Below are positions 35,320 through 48,100 of a stretch of DNA of 64,000 nucleotides, piece after piece. The DNA lies in assembly GCF_009914755.1 (NCBI RefSeq), contig NC_060929.1; one strand, written 5' to 3'. Numbering within the stretch: the stretch's first letter is position 1; each line of letters opens with the position of its first letter. The DNA is from the human T2T-CHM13v2.0 reference genome, Homo sapiens. A program made the translations under genes and the position numbers. The notes under the pieces were generated by a model, which saw only the letters and a list, made by a program, of their open reading frames with translations, made no database searches and was not told where the DNA came from.

Positions 35320-35543
35320 AGGATTTTTAATTTTATTATTAATGAATTTTTAAAATTGAAAAGTAAAATTATATATATTTATGATGTATACGACATGATG
35401 TTTTGATAGATGTATACAGAAAATGTGAAATGACTACATGAAACTATTTAACATAGACATGGCCTCATATAGTGACTACAACTAGTAACAATATATTGCA
35501 TACTTGAAAATTGCTAAGAGAATAGATTTTAAGTCTTCTCATC
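35320..35543 (-). mobile_element. L1MA 3' end with internal inversion
   Basis: Antisense terminal segment (catgatgttttgat..tgtatac) joined to a sense segment (gtgacta..tacttgaaaattgctaagag..gattttaa). Confidence 0.75.
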
Positions 35544-35626
35544 CTTCAGAAGATTTGAAATAGCTACTAACAAGACGTGGGGTGTCCATTGTTAGAGTCC
35601 CACCGTGCCCTTCCAGGCAGAAATGG

Positions 35627-36113
<487 letters not shown>

Positions 36114-36492
36114 TTAAAGTTCAACCCAAAATGTCTGGCATTTAGTGAAAGAAATCTGGGTGGAGGGGGGCAAGAACTCCCTAATATCTGTCCAAAATCC
36201 CCCAGGAGACTGGGGTCCCCAGGTTGAAAAGCTCTGCTTGAGACGCAAGAAGGGAGGCAGAATCAGAAACTGAGATGTGTATGTTTTGAAGAGACCTTCC
36301 TTCCCCAGTGGAAATCCTGACACGGACCAAGGACAAGCTTCCAGCTCCTTCCCTCCACCCTCCAGCCCATGGAGGGAGAATCTCACTGTCAACTCCAGCA
36401 CAAAGTTGCCTGTCTGGACAACATTATTTTTACCTTCTTAGAAAAACACTTTGGAAGAATTATATGATGGTCTCTGCCCTTTGGAGGTTGAT

Positions 36493-36856
36493 ATATTTAT
36501 TAGTTCATTTTCACACTGCTATAAAGAACTTCCCTGAGACTGGGTAATTTATAAAAAGAGGTTTAATTGACTCACAGTACTGCATGGCTGGGGAGGCCTC
36601 AGGAAACGTATTATCATGATGGAAGGGGAAGCAGGCACGTCTTCCATGGCAGCAGTGGAGAGAGAGAGAGCAAGAGAGGAACTACCAAACACTTATAAAA
36701 CCATCAGATCGCATGAGAACTCACTCACTAACACAAGAACAGCATGGGGGAAACCGCCCCATGATTCAGTCACCTCCCACCATGTCCCTCCCTCAACACC
36801 TGGGGATTACAATTCAAGATGACATTTCGATGGGGACACAAAGCCAAACCGCATCA
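36493..36856 (-). mobile_element. THE1 (D-like) MaLR solo LTR
   Basis: ttcacactgctataaagaac..gagactgggtaatttata..ggctggggaggcctcagg..ggattacaattcaagatga..ggggacaca. Confidence 0.9.
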
Positions 36857-36886
36857 ATATAATATGTGGCCTGACGAGAAAATTTA

Positions 36887-37376
<490 letters not shown>

Positions 37377-37918
37377 GTTTTAGGATGCCTTGGTGTTGAG
37401 GCTCTTGGTTGCACTGAATTTGTTTAATTTTATTGAAGAGCAAAAGTCATAAAAATCAGCATAGCCCTGATTCAGCAGCAATGCTGTGTCATAGAAGATC
37501 ATTCAGAGATACTGAGAAGAACACAAAAAACAATGTCATATGAAAAACAGAACTTTGTATTAGTGTTATGGGCTCATCAATACAAAAAGGTTAATATATG
37601 AATGGAGAAGGTAGGGGCTAACTGTAGGCTAAAACGTTCTTTTCCTGTAAGTGCTAGTCATTTGATCAATGACCTCAACATGAATAAAGCTAGAGAGGAG
37701 TTTCCTTTGCACTAGAAGTGAACTGGAGACCTGCACCAGGGGTGGAATATCTTTCTATTTGCTCTGAGGTCAGAATGAGTGGAAATAATGCAACGAAGTC
37801 AAAGGAGAAGTGCTAGGGTTTTGGCCCCATTCTTGACTCACATGGCGTCACTCATTGTAAGATGAAGAAGCAGAAAGACGCAGAAAGCAGATGTATGGTG
37901 TTAAAAAGAGTCCAGGGG

Positions 37919-38232
37919 GGCCGGGCTTGGTGGCTCACGCCCGTAATCCTAGCAGTTTGAGAGGCCGAGGCAGGCGGATCACCTGAGGTCAGGAGTTTGA
38001 GACCAGCCTGGCCAATATAACGAAACCCAGTCTCTACTAAAAACACAAATATTAGCCGGGTGTGGTGGTGAGTGCCTGTAATCCCAGCTACTCAGGAGGC
38101 TGAGGCAGGAGAATTGTTTAACCAGGGAGGCGGAGGTTGCGGTGAGCCAAGATAGTGCCATTGCACTCCAGCCTGAGTTAGAGTGAGACTCCATCTCAAA
38201 ACAAAACAAGACAAAACAAACAAACAAACACA
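37919..38232 (+). mobile_element. AluS with (AAAC)n tail
   Basis: Alu consensus. Confidence 0.95.
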
Positions 38233-39484
38233 AAGCCCAAAAAACAGCCCAGGGAAAGTTGATAAGAAGGCAGGGATTTCTTAGCCCTGAACAGGAATCC
38301 TGAGCAACTCCTAAAATTGTATATTCTGATTACCAAAGTAACAAATGGTCATTGCAAAAACATTTGTTCAACATAAAATGTTATAACATGGAATGAAAGC
38401 TAAGCTGTCCTCTATCCCACCTCTGAAATGACACCAGTGCCCGGCGAGATCCACTCTTAGCAGTCTGGGGTATTTTCCCATGTTTTTGTTTATAACATCA
38501 ATGGGACAGTCTCTACATACTGTTCAGGAACTTGCTAGAGGCATCTAAGAAGTTGTTTTTGACAACTTCCCTTGTGTTTGATTTTGATAAAACTAATACC
38601 TTAATTACCATGAAATTGCTTTTCTTTTTCTGTCCAAGTTTTTCCAGGAACACTGAGGCTTCAAGACGGTGACCATGATTTCCTTGTCGCGTCAAGTACC
38701 TTGCTACATCATGTGTTCATCTACCACATTTTCATACATGCCCTTCCGTTTCCCTTAAAACTACTGACACAGTAGTTGGGTCTTGCTTGTTTGTTCAAAC
38801 CCGGCTCTCTTATTTCTTATCATTTACTTTCTTCCTGTGGAAAGAAATCATTCTGACACTGAGTTGAACTTATCTGAGTAGGAGATTCCTAGGCTTGAAA
38901 TGCAAGAGGGTTGTGGTATCTGTTTGGGAGTCTTAGGGAGTTTATCAAAAAGCAGAGTTAGGTAGACACTGGAATTTGGTCCGTATTTGCACTTTAGAGA
39001 AGTAGGCAAAGCAGCATCCCTTAATGTATTTACTTATAGTAAAAATGTGCATCCTTTGCATTCTGGTTAGCAATTTGCTTTTGCACTTACCAATTTATTT
39101 CGGGCACCATTCCTTGCACTGAAGTTAAAGTAGAAATATTCTAATTATGGTAAGGGCTGATCTGAGAGTAGAAGCAGGTGGTGCTGAGGAGTGGACGCAG
39201 CACACACTATTTAACACTAGGACCTCTACAGTCTCCATTATTCAAAGGTGGAGCCATGTGATTAATTGTTCTACAACATTCTTTGTGCCATTTTAAGGTA
39301 ACTTGTTCTCTGACTGGTTTAACGGGTGACAATGGGGGAAGGGTAGCCAAGGAATCGAGGACTGTTTTCCCAAGACTGAGCTTGCTATGCCATAATCCCC
39401 TCCCTGGTGTCTGTAGGAACAGGTAGGCACTGCATGGAAAAAGCCCTCGCTGCTTAGGAGGCTATCACCTTTTTACCATTGGTT

Positions 39485-40061
39485 TGTTACAGGAAAGGGT
39501 CCCAATCCAGACCCCAAGGGAGGATTCTTGGATCTCATGCAAGAAAGAATTCAGGGTGAGTCCATATAGTACATTGAAAGCAAGTTTATTAAGAAAGTAA
39601 AGAAATAAAGATGAGTACTCCGTAGGCAGAGCAGCGGCATGGGCTACTTGGCTGAGGATACTTATAGTTATTTTTTGATCATATTTTTAAAACAAGAGGT
39701 GGATTATTCATGACTTTTCTGGGAAAAATGTGGGCAAGTCCCAGAACTGAGGGTTTTTCCCCTTTTTTGACCATATAGGGTAACTTCCTGATGTTGCCAT
39801 GGCATTTGTAAACGGTCATGGCACTGGTGGGAGCAATGAGGACAATCAGAGGTCACTTTCGTTGTCATCTTGGTTTTGGTGGGCTTTGGCCAGCTTCTAT
39901 ACCACAACCTGTTTTATCAGCAAGGTCTCCAAGACCTTGCTGTATCTTATCCTGTGACTTGGAATGCTTAATCTCCTGGGAACGCAGCCCAGTAGGTCTC
40001 AGCCTTACTTTGCCCAGCCCCTATTCAAGATGGAGTTGCAAGGGTTTAAATGCCTCTGACA
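39485..40061 (-). mobile_element. MER41 (B-like) ERV1 solo LTR
   Basis: Minus strand begins tgtcagaggcattt..actccatcttgaataggggctggg and ends ..ggggtctggattgggaccctttcctgtaaca, with TG..CA termini. Confidence 0.88.
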
Positions 40062-40092
40062 ATTTTATGTATTTTCTTAATAGAAAATGCTG

Positions 40093-40458
<366 letters not shown>

Positions 40459-42826
40459 CTATGAAAGGGAGAAGGGGGTTGGGAATGAGAGCTATTCAGG
40501 TAGACAGGCTTGTTTTTATCTGCCTCTCATCTTGGGCAAATGTTCCTAATGTAGCACCAAGGCCAGGCTGTCCCCTCCATTTCAAGTCCGATGCTTCGTA
40601 GTAAACAAATGTTTGCTCAGGTTTCCCAGCTATCCTTTTACAGTACATGAAGAGGAAATTAAATAGGGAAGCAAGGTTAAGTCATTTTCTTCCAGTTACT
40701 TGGTGTGCAGTAACAGGGAATGCAATTCAAAATCATTGCTTTTAATCTTTGACATACCTCTTGAAACTATTGCCTCAATTTGTGTTATAGTGGAGAATGG
40801 TGGTTAATGAAGGGCTTAGCGCACATTGTGCATTGCAGGCCCTTGTTAAAATTTCTCCATTAAATTTTGTGCCTCCAAGCCTTTTGCCCTGCTGAAGATA
40901 CCTTAAGCCACAGGAAGAGGCAGCTTCCCTCTGCAGCATGCGCTCTTAGAAAAAAAAAAAAAAAAAAGATCAGGTATTTTCCAACTGGGCAGCAACTTGA
41001 TGCTCATTTAAACCTGGGTTTCTCAACCTTGCCATTATTGACATTTTGGCCCAGAATGACTCTCGTGGGGTTGGGTAGGGTTGGGGTAGGAAGGAAGACA
41101 GACGAATATATAGATTTCAATATTTTCCTTTGGTTAAAAAATTATAAATATATTTAAGAGAAAAAAAGCCGTACACTTTCATCTGTAATACTGTCTGGCC
41201 TTTTGCTTGCAATTTGCAGATAAGATTTTGTAAACAAATTGCAGCAAGTTGGTCCTCCACGGAAAACTTACCAGTAGAGCTGAATTTACTTTCAAATTCT
41301 CTAAATGGGTTTCTGAGGGTTTGGGTTAATGCAGTGGCCTTGAACAGGAACTATCCAGAAAGATGTCAAGCAAAGGTGGCTAGAGTCACACTCGGGTGAC
41401 ACTACTGTCACCATGCTTCTGCTTCATTCTTGTTCTACATCTTTTATTTGAGATTTTAATCCTCTTTTTACTATTTAAGAGGAAAGGATGGGGAACTGAG
41501 AAAGACGCTAGGCCTTGGTGGGTGATGTGGGAGGTGGGGAGAGGGAAGATAAGAGTGAGGTTTTGAGGCTTGATGAGGTCTGTATAATTATCTATTGTAG
41601 GTGTCTTAGTTGACACAATAGATATGATTTGAAAAGCTGAAGGCACATGGAAATTTTTGTAAACTGACTAGTAATTTAAATGACAATGAGACCATTATAT
41701 TGCAAGCAAAGACAAATCTTTTAGAAAAAAATTAGTAATCACGAATAATTTATCTTTTGGATAATGATTTTCATAATGCAGGTTATGCTTCCCTGGAGCA
41801 AGTTATGCAGGCAATTAAAAATGACAATGGAATTCAGTTTATAACCGATGAAATCCAGCTTTGTTTGTCAAAAACAAATGCATTCATTCCATTTGGAGAG
41901 TAAAACAGTCTTTTTTTCATGAGCATAATGGTGAAAGCTAATTAAATTTATCATAAATTACACCCTTAATATTTGTTCTCAAGATCATTAGTCTATAATG
42001 TAAACAGACACATTCACAATAGTTAATGTTAACAGTTTTCTAAAATTCAGAACTTTAAAGGTTTATTCATTTATTCCCTAAGCATCAGTTTAAAAAAATG
42101 TTTTAAAGAGCATACACATTAAAAAGTATGATATTAGATGAACAACTAAAAATTAGACTAAAAACATCGCCAAATTGGATTTTATATAGTAATATTGTTA
42201 CATTGAGAGGTAACATTTTGGCAACCATTTGCTGCAAACCTACAAATTCTGTAAAAGCTTCTAAAGATTAATAGCACTATCAGTCAGTTGCATCATTATC
42301 TCATTGAAAATGAATTCTCACCCTCCTTTAAAAAAATTTAAAAAAATGTTTTAAGAGAACAACTAAATCTGATGGAAGACAAAATTAAGGAGACCTGCAG
42401 TTCTCCTTGTTGGTGTAAGCTTTTGCCTCCGGTTTCTATGGTAACCCGTGATCTGTATTCCAATCACACCTTTGAAAGGTTTGTTTTCTCCATCATGAAA
42501 ATTTAGCTGGAAGCACTGAAGGTACTGAACATTAATTTTTATGTTGTCTTTTTTTTTTGGAAAAATTGGAAAAAGAGAATAGAGAAGGAAGATAACACCC
42601 ACAGGCTTAGACTGCAAATACAATGAGGAAATGTATTTGCTAATTTTTAGATGATTTACATGCCTGGAAGATCACAAGGATAAAAACCCTGAATGCTAAA
42701 TGAACAAGTACGCAGCTCCTCTAACAAACTCAGGAAATGTCTTGAGCAGAACATTGCAAATATTCATCTAATTCGATAGGGTAAAAACCTAGAGACTTGC
42801 TCATAGAGGTTGAAAGAAAATGTAGC

Positions 42827-43050
42827 TCAGTGGTTTTCAGCCTGGAGTGATTTTGCCTCCCAGGAGACATTTGGCGATATCTGGGGACATTTTTGGTTGT
42901 CACAACTGGTGCTGGTGCTGGTGGTGTGTGTGGAGGGTGGTACTGGCTGCTAGTAGAGGCCAGCAATGAATGCCAGACATCCTACAGTGCATAGGACAGC
43001 CTTCCACAACAAAGAAATATCTGGCCCCAAAAGGAGGTGGGAAAACCTGC
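42827..43050. mobile_element. MER20 (a further fragment at ~41010-41065)
   Basis: cagtggttttc..gtgattttgcctcccaggagacatttggc..gacatttttggttgtcacaactgg..catcctacagtgcatagg. Confidence 0.85.
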
Positions 43051-44429
43051 ATCCTCCATTTAGCTTTATAGATGGTGTACTGGTGTGAGGGAAATAAATA
43101 TTCAAAAGAATAAAATGCTTTAGAAGCAACCTCATTTGTAATTTGCTTCCCTGGTATTTTACTACACTAACTTTTTATTTCACTTTAAATGGCAGAAAGA
43201 GAAACAGGAAAAAACAAACAGTTCCCGCTTTTTTCTTACCTTTGGTTTAAATTTGAACATTTCCAGCTGGCATGCATTAATCTAATTTGGTGCTGCCTCC
43301 TATGACCTGTAAATGTGTACAGTAGGGTCGTCAAGTGTTTCCACTGCAAAATCGCTAGTGCAGTTGAGTAAATATTGCCACTTTGCTTAATTCAAATATG
43401 TACGTTAAAGTTACGATAAGTTAATTTTCCTGTTAAGTGAAAATGCACTTACCTTTACCCAGTTGAATACAGATGTACTTGCCTTTGACGTCTGCCTCCC
43501 TAAGTATGGTTACAGTTTGTCACTCCGGTTCTGGAGGGCCACCCTGTCCCTGAATTCACGCCCAGGTCCTGAGGGCAGAACCATCCTGAGGACAACCTGC
43601 AGCTCCATCGATTTTTTCTTGGCTGGGACGCAGGCGAGCATGAAAGCGATCCAAACACAGCCAGAGGGCGCCAAAATGCCGCAAATAAAAGTTCCAAAGG
43701 CGTCAACTGGCTTTTGCGGGAAGGTAAAATTGGCTTTTGTGTAATCAAAGAGCTACCGTTGTCAACGATGTCACGTTACGTTATTTTTGTATGTCCCTCT
43801 TGCCAACAGGTAAGCAAAGTGAACGCATCTTCCTACCCCGGTGGCTATTCTGTGTCCCGGTGCTAAACCAAGTGTCCGCCCCCTTAGGGCACCCGGACAA
43901 GCCGCGGTTGGCCCTAGCTTTGACTCGAGCGCTCGCAAGCAGCAGCGTGCGGGCTGCCTCGGCCAACCCCGTCTTCTCAATATTGGTGGCCTCCATTAAA
44001 GCACAGACATCAAAAACATCGACGGCCCCTTTCCCCTCTTCTCTTCCCTCCTTCCTCTCCCAAGTTCCGAGAGCATCCTCCGAGGGGCGACGTCTCTCGC
44101 CCCACCAGCTGGACCTCGGCGACCGCGCCTCCCCCGAAGCTGCAGCCTTCGGGGCTGAGCCCCGCGGGTGCGGGTGCAGGTGCGGAGCCGCCCAAGGTGC
44201 GCAACTCGTTTGCAGCGGCGCAGCCCAGACGCGCCTGCAGCTGGGGCTCACCCCAACCTCGCTGCCAGCCGAGGTAGCGGAATCGTAGTCGACGTCGGGA
44301 GCGGGCTGGACTGGGGTCTGAGAAGGGTAGCTGGTGCCAGGGGGTGTCATTCATCACCTCGAGGCAGCTCCCTAAGTCTGAGCGAGAGCCCGAGCACTTC
44401 TTATCCAACGGTTCCAAATAAATGAGGGG

Positions 44430-44445
44430 GAGAGAGAGAGAGAGA

Positions 44446-44481
<36 letters not shown>

Positions 44482-44494
44482 GAGAGTGAGAGAG
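44430..44494 (+). repeat. (GA)n microsatellite with GT interruptions
   Basis: Read directly from the sequence. Confidence 0.95.
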
Positions 44495-44974
44495 TGGGAG
44501 AAGTCCACGGACAGCCCAGGCGGCGCGGCGGGGGAAGGGGGACGCAGGAATGGAGGAGAGGAGAGGGGAGGCGGAGGGGGGATCTGAATAGAGGGCATTT
44601 AGGAAACGTTGGCGGGGCACAGAGTTGGGAGGTGGGGGGAAGGGAGGAACCAGGATGGCGGATAGGAGAGAAATGGGGGTGACTGTGCTGGAGGGGAGGG
44701 GAGGTGGGGGCCCAGAGCTGGGGGGAGTCAAGGGGAGGCGGGCGTGTCCAGGCTGGAGGGGAGAGGGGAGGGTCTGCGCCGGAGGGAGGGGAGGGGAGCA
44801 GAGGGAGTGCAGGGGTGGGGAGATGGAGCTGGAGGGGGTGGAGGGGAGACGGGCGGGGCGCCGGGCTGGAGGGAGGGGAGAGAGGCGGGCGGGGAGCGCG
44901 GGAGGAGGGAGGCTGGGCGGGCGGACGCGCGGGGGGAGGGCACTGGGCAGGAAGGGGAGGGGGAGCGAGCGCGA

Positions 44975-45188
44975 GAAATGCAGAGGCTGCAGCGGCGGCG
45001 GCGGCGGCAGTAGCGGCAGCGGCGACGACGGCGGCGGCAGCGCTCCAACTGGCTCCTCGCTCCGGGCTCCGCCGTCGAGCCGGGAGAGAGCCTCCGCCAG
45101 CGGCCAGGCACCAGCCAGACGACGCCAGCGACCCCGGCCTCTCGGCGGCACCGCGCTAACTCAGGGGCTGCATAGGCACCCAGAGCCG
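44975..45188 (+). other. BASP1: BASP1 exon 1 (non-coding 5'UTR); start approximate
   Basis: AGAAATGCAGAGGCTGCAGCGGCGGC...CTCAGGGGCTGCATAGGCACCCAGAGCCG matches my recollection of the BASP1 mRNA 5'UTR just before ...AACTCCAAGATGGGAGGCAAG. It is followed by the donor CCG|GTAAGG at 45188/45189 and lies in a CpG island. Confidence 0.88.
44989..45041 (+). repeat. Interrupted (GGC/CGG)n in the 5'UTR
   Basis: gcagcggcggcggcggcggcagtagcggcagcggcgacgacggcggcggcagc. Confidence 0.9.
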
Positions 45189-48100
45189 GTAAGGAGGCGC
45201 GCCCGGTGGCCCCGCGCCGCCGCGGACCCGGGGGCCTCCGTCCCCCACCGCGCCGCGCCCCGCCCCGCAGCCCCCGGGCTCTCCCTTCATGCAGCGGGCA
45301 GCAGGGATGTGGGCCCGGATTGGACGGCAAGGGCCTGGGGTCCCTCTGTGAGGGCTCCGTCGCACTTCGGGGATCCCGGGTGATGGGGGGCCCAGAAGTG
45401 GGAGGCTTCAGCCGCTCGCATGGTGGAGGGGTGAGGGGGGCGGCGAGGTTGGTAAACGGAGCTGGGGGGAGGGGGCTGTCGGGGAGAGGAGCTGCGGGTG
45501 ACGGGAGGAATTGCCGAATGCGAAACCCCCTCAGTGCGTTGAGTCCCGGGGAGACGGTTCTGTGGGCTGAAGGGAGCGCTTCCGTCATCGGAGCCCTTAC
45601 CAGCCTGGGAGAAAGCGCTCGGGGCGAGGGGCGCAGCAGCCAAAGATGGAGGGTGGGGGTGGGGTGGGGCGGGAGTCCGGGGAGAAAGAAGATGGGGAAT
45701 CTGGCCCGATCAGAAGGAAGTGGGTGGCTTTTTGCTTTGGCAAACGGGTTTTCTCGACCCATGGGACTCCTGGATCTTGGTTCTGGGGCCAAGGAATACG
45801 AGGTTCACACGGCGACGTGCACTCAGAAGCACCTCCCGAGCAGATCGGAGCCCCAGCCTCGTCAGTGGCGGAATTGCCTTCCTACGAACCCGTGGGCTGC
45901 CTCGGAGCAGTTTGTTTTTTCGAGCCTTTGGTTCCAAGAATGCGCCAGGCGCCTCCGCCCTGGGTCCCGGCCCCGGCCCGGGCCCGGGGGGTGTGGGCTT
46001 GAACCTGACAGCGCGCGGCCCTAACTGGGCTCAGCCCCGCTGGGAGCGTAGGGTTGGGGTTGAGCAGCTTTTGCCCAAAGCGCTAAAGCTGAAACCCGGC
46101 GCCCGGTTCCTGCTCCCCCCGCCCCCGTCCCCCCTCCATTTCCAGAAAAATAAAAATTGCGGAATCCTGGATCCGATCGCACGCACAATGCGCGGCTGCA
46201 AACCGCATTCTTTTCATGAATATTCATCGAACGCTTGGCCAGGCTCCTTATCTGCGTCCCCAGAGACATTTCCGCCTTGAAACGAACTCGGTGGACAGCC
46301 CTTGCCCATGTAATTCTCACTCTGCTGAAATTAGCACAGCACACATGGGTGCATTTTTTAGTACCTTGTACAGGGTTGACAACACCTCTGTCTCCCCCGC
46401 GGCCACTCGCACTGTGGGGCGGGCTAAAACCCAACACTAGCGTCGAAATGGCCTTCTGCTATAGGGTTGTGGACCGACCCCCCACCCCCACCTCCCGGGA
46501 TTACAGCCCGGGCCAACAGACCCCCAGTATACTGCAGGCAAAATGAATGAATCGGGACTGTAATTACCTATTCCTTTGTCTTGGCCTCGCGCATGCGCCG
46601 GAGAGCAGGGTGTGGAGGGCCCGGCAGCCCCATCCCATCTCCATCATCCAGCCACCCACTCCCCTCCCGAGCCGAGGAACAAAGGCGTTTGCCCTAAATG
46701 TTGCGGGAAACCCTTGGACACCAATGACAGTTTTTCCCGCCTGTGTGTGTGTTTCTTCTTTTCCAGGCTGTCTCTCATCTTTTGCTTTCTTGCTGATTTC
46801 AATTGACCAAAATTAAGATTTGCCTTGATGAGGATGAAGGCAAATTGTGGATTAAATATTTTGTACCCGCACACTGTTATTTTCCTTTCTAGTACTGTTC
46901 ATTGTTCTTTTTCCTGTAACATATCTTACTGCAGTGAGGGTGGCTTTCTTAATTTGCATCAATTAACCGTTTGACAGATCTTTTTTGGTCATTTGATTAA
47001 GGGAAGGTGGCCTCAAAACTGTCAGTGGGCGTTGCCTCCAGTGACACCACCTGGGGAAAATTAAGACATCTTGGCGTTTATTCGAACAAGATGGCCTACA
47101 AAAACCGGAGAGAAGAAAACGATTACCTTGTCGGGATCCTAACCCTTTCTGTTTTCTCTGGACTCCGAACTCATTGTTTCATTAAGGATTCCAAAAGGCG
47201 AATGGCGTCCAGATGGAAATCTGATGGGGGCAGAAAGAAGGCAGTCGTTGGGGTGAAGCTGGTTGATTAGGTTCGCAATGATTCCTTTTTCCCCATTACC
47301 TAACAGAAGCCATGATATACCTTTGATGGCTGATTTTCTTTCAGATGATCTATTTTCCAGGTTATGGCCATTTAGATTTATTTTCAGGTAGTTTGTTTTT
47401 ACCACACAAAAAGGGACTTATTGTGTATATTAAATAGGAGCCAAATATGATATTTTTTGCAGTGGTAGGTTATGTTTAATAGGGTTTTATGCTTAAGTAC
47501 TGTCAGTACATCCTGGTGGAATAACGCGTGGCAGCAATGGAAATCATCTCTTTTGTCCTTTTTGATGAGAACTTGATATTGACCACGTTTAATATATCAG
47601 GGCCCATCTACTGGCTACGGTGGCTGTCTAGCTGTCTTCTAGGTGGCATGGATTGTACCCTCTGTACTCCTTAGTATTGAGTAGGTTATTATGATTTAGA
47701 GAGCTACGTTCTTTCTTTTTTCTTTTCCTTTAGGTTGTGTTTTTGGCGAGGGGTATGTTGGAATATAGAACAAATTCAATAGCAAATATATACCAGCATG
47801 TCCCCAATTCATAAATCTTAGGTTTTTGAGTGAGATAATATTTAAATCGATTTTTAAAAATTATTACAGAATTAAAATATTTCTATCAGTTCGCTTATTC
47901 TTTTAGCCAGCTAGCTTTTTGCCAAGCTTTAGCAGATAGAGAAATTGAGCCTTTTGATAAAAAGCACCAACAATGACAGTGGCATTTCTGTTCTTTAACT
48001 GGTACTCAGTCTGCCATTGTGACGTGTAGAAGAGAACCTTATCTCCCCACATCACCCTAGTTTAAAGGTCCAATGGGAGAGCCCTAAACATTTAGGCTGT

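Larger units (their letters stand above)
43550..46700. promoter_or_regulatory. CpG island / bidirectional promoter
   Basis: Abrupt rise in GC and CpG content relative to CpG-depleted flanks. GC box GGGCGGGGC at ~44851; NRF1 palindrome GCGCATGCGC at 46589-46598. Confidence 0.95.

Noticed and set aside
43737-46546. Long overlapping ORFs in the CpG island (e.g. 44728-45792, 354 aa; 45206-46024, 272 aa; 43781-44350, 189 aa)
   Set aside because: They are open in several frames on both strands and are Pro/Gly/Arg low-complexity, as expected from stop-codon scarcity in GC-rich DNA. No recognisable domain, and some cross the exon 1 donor.
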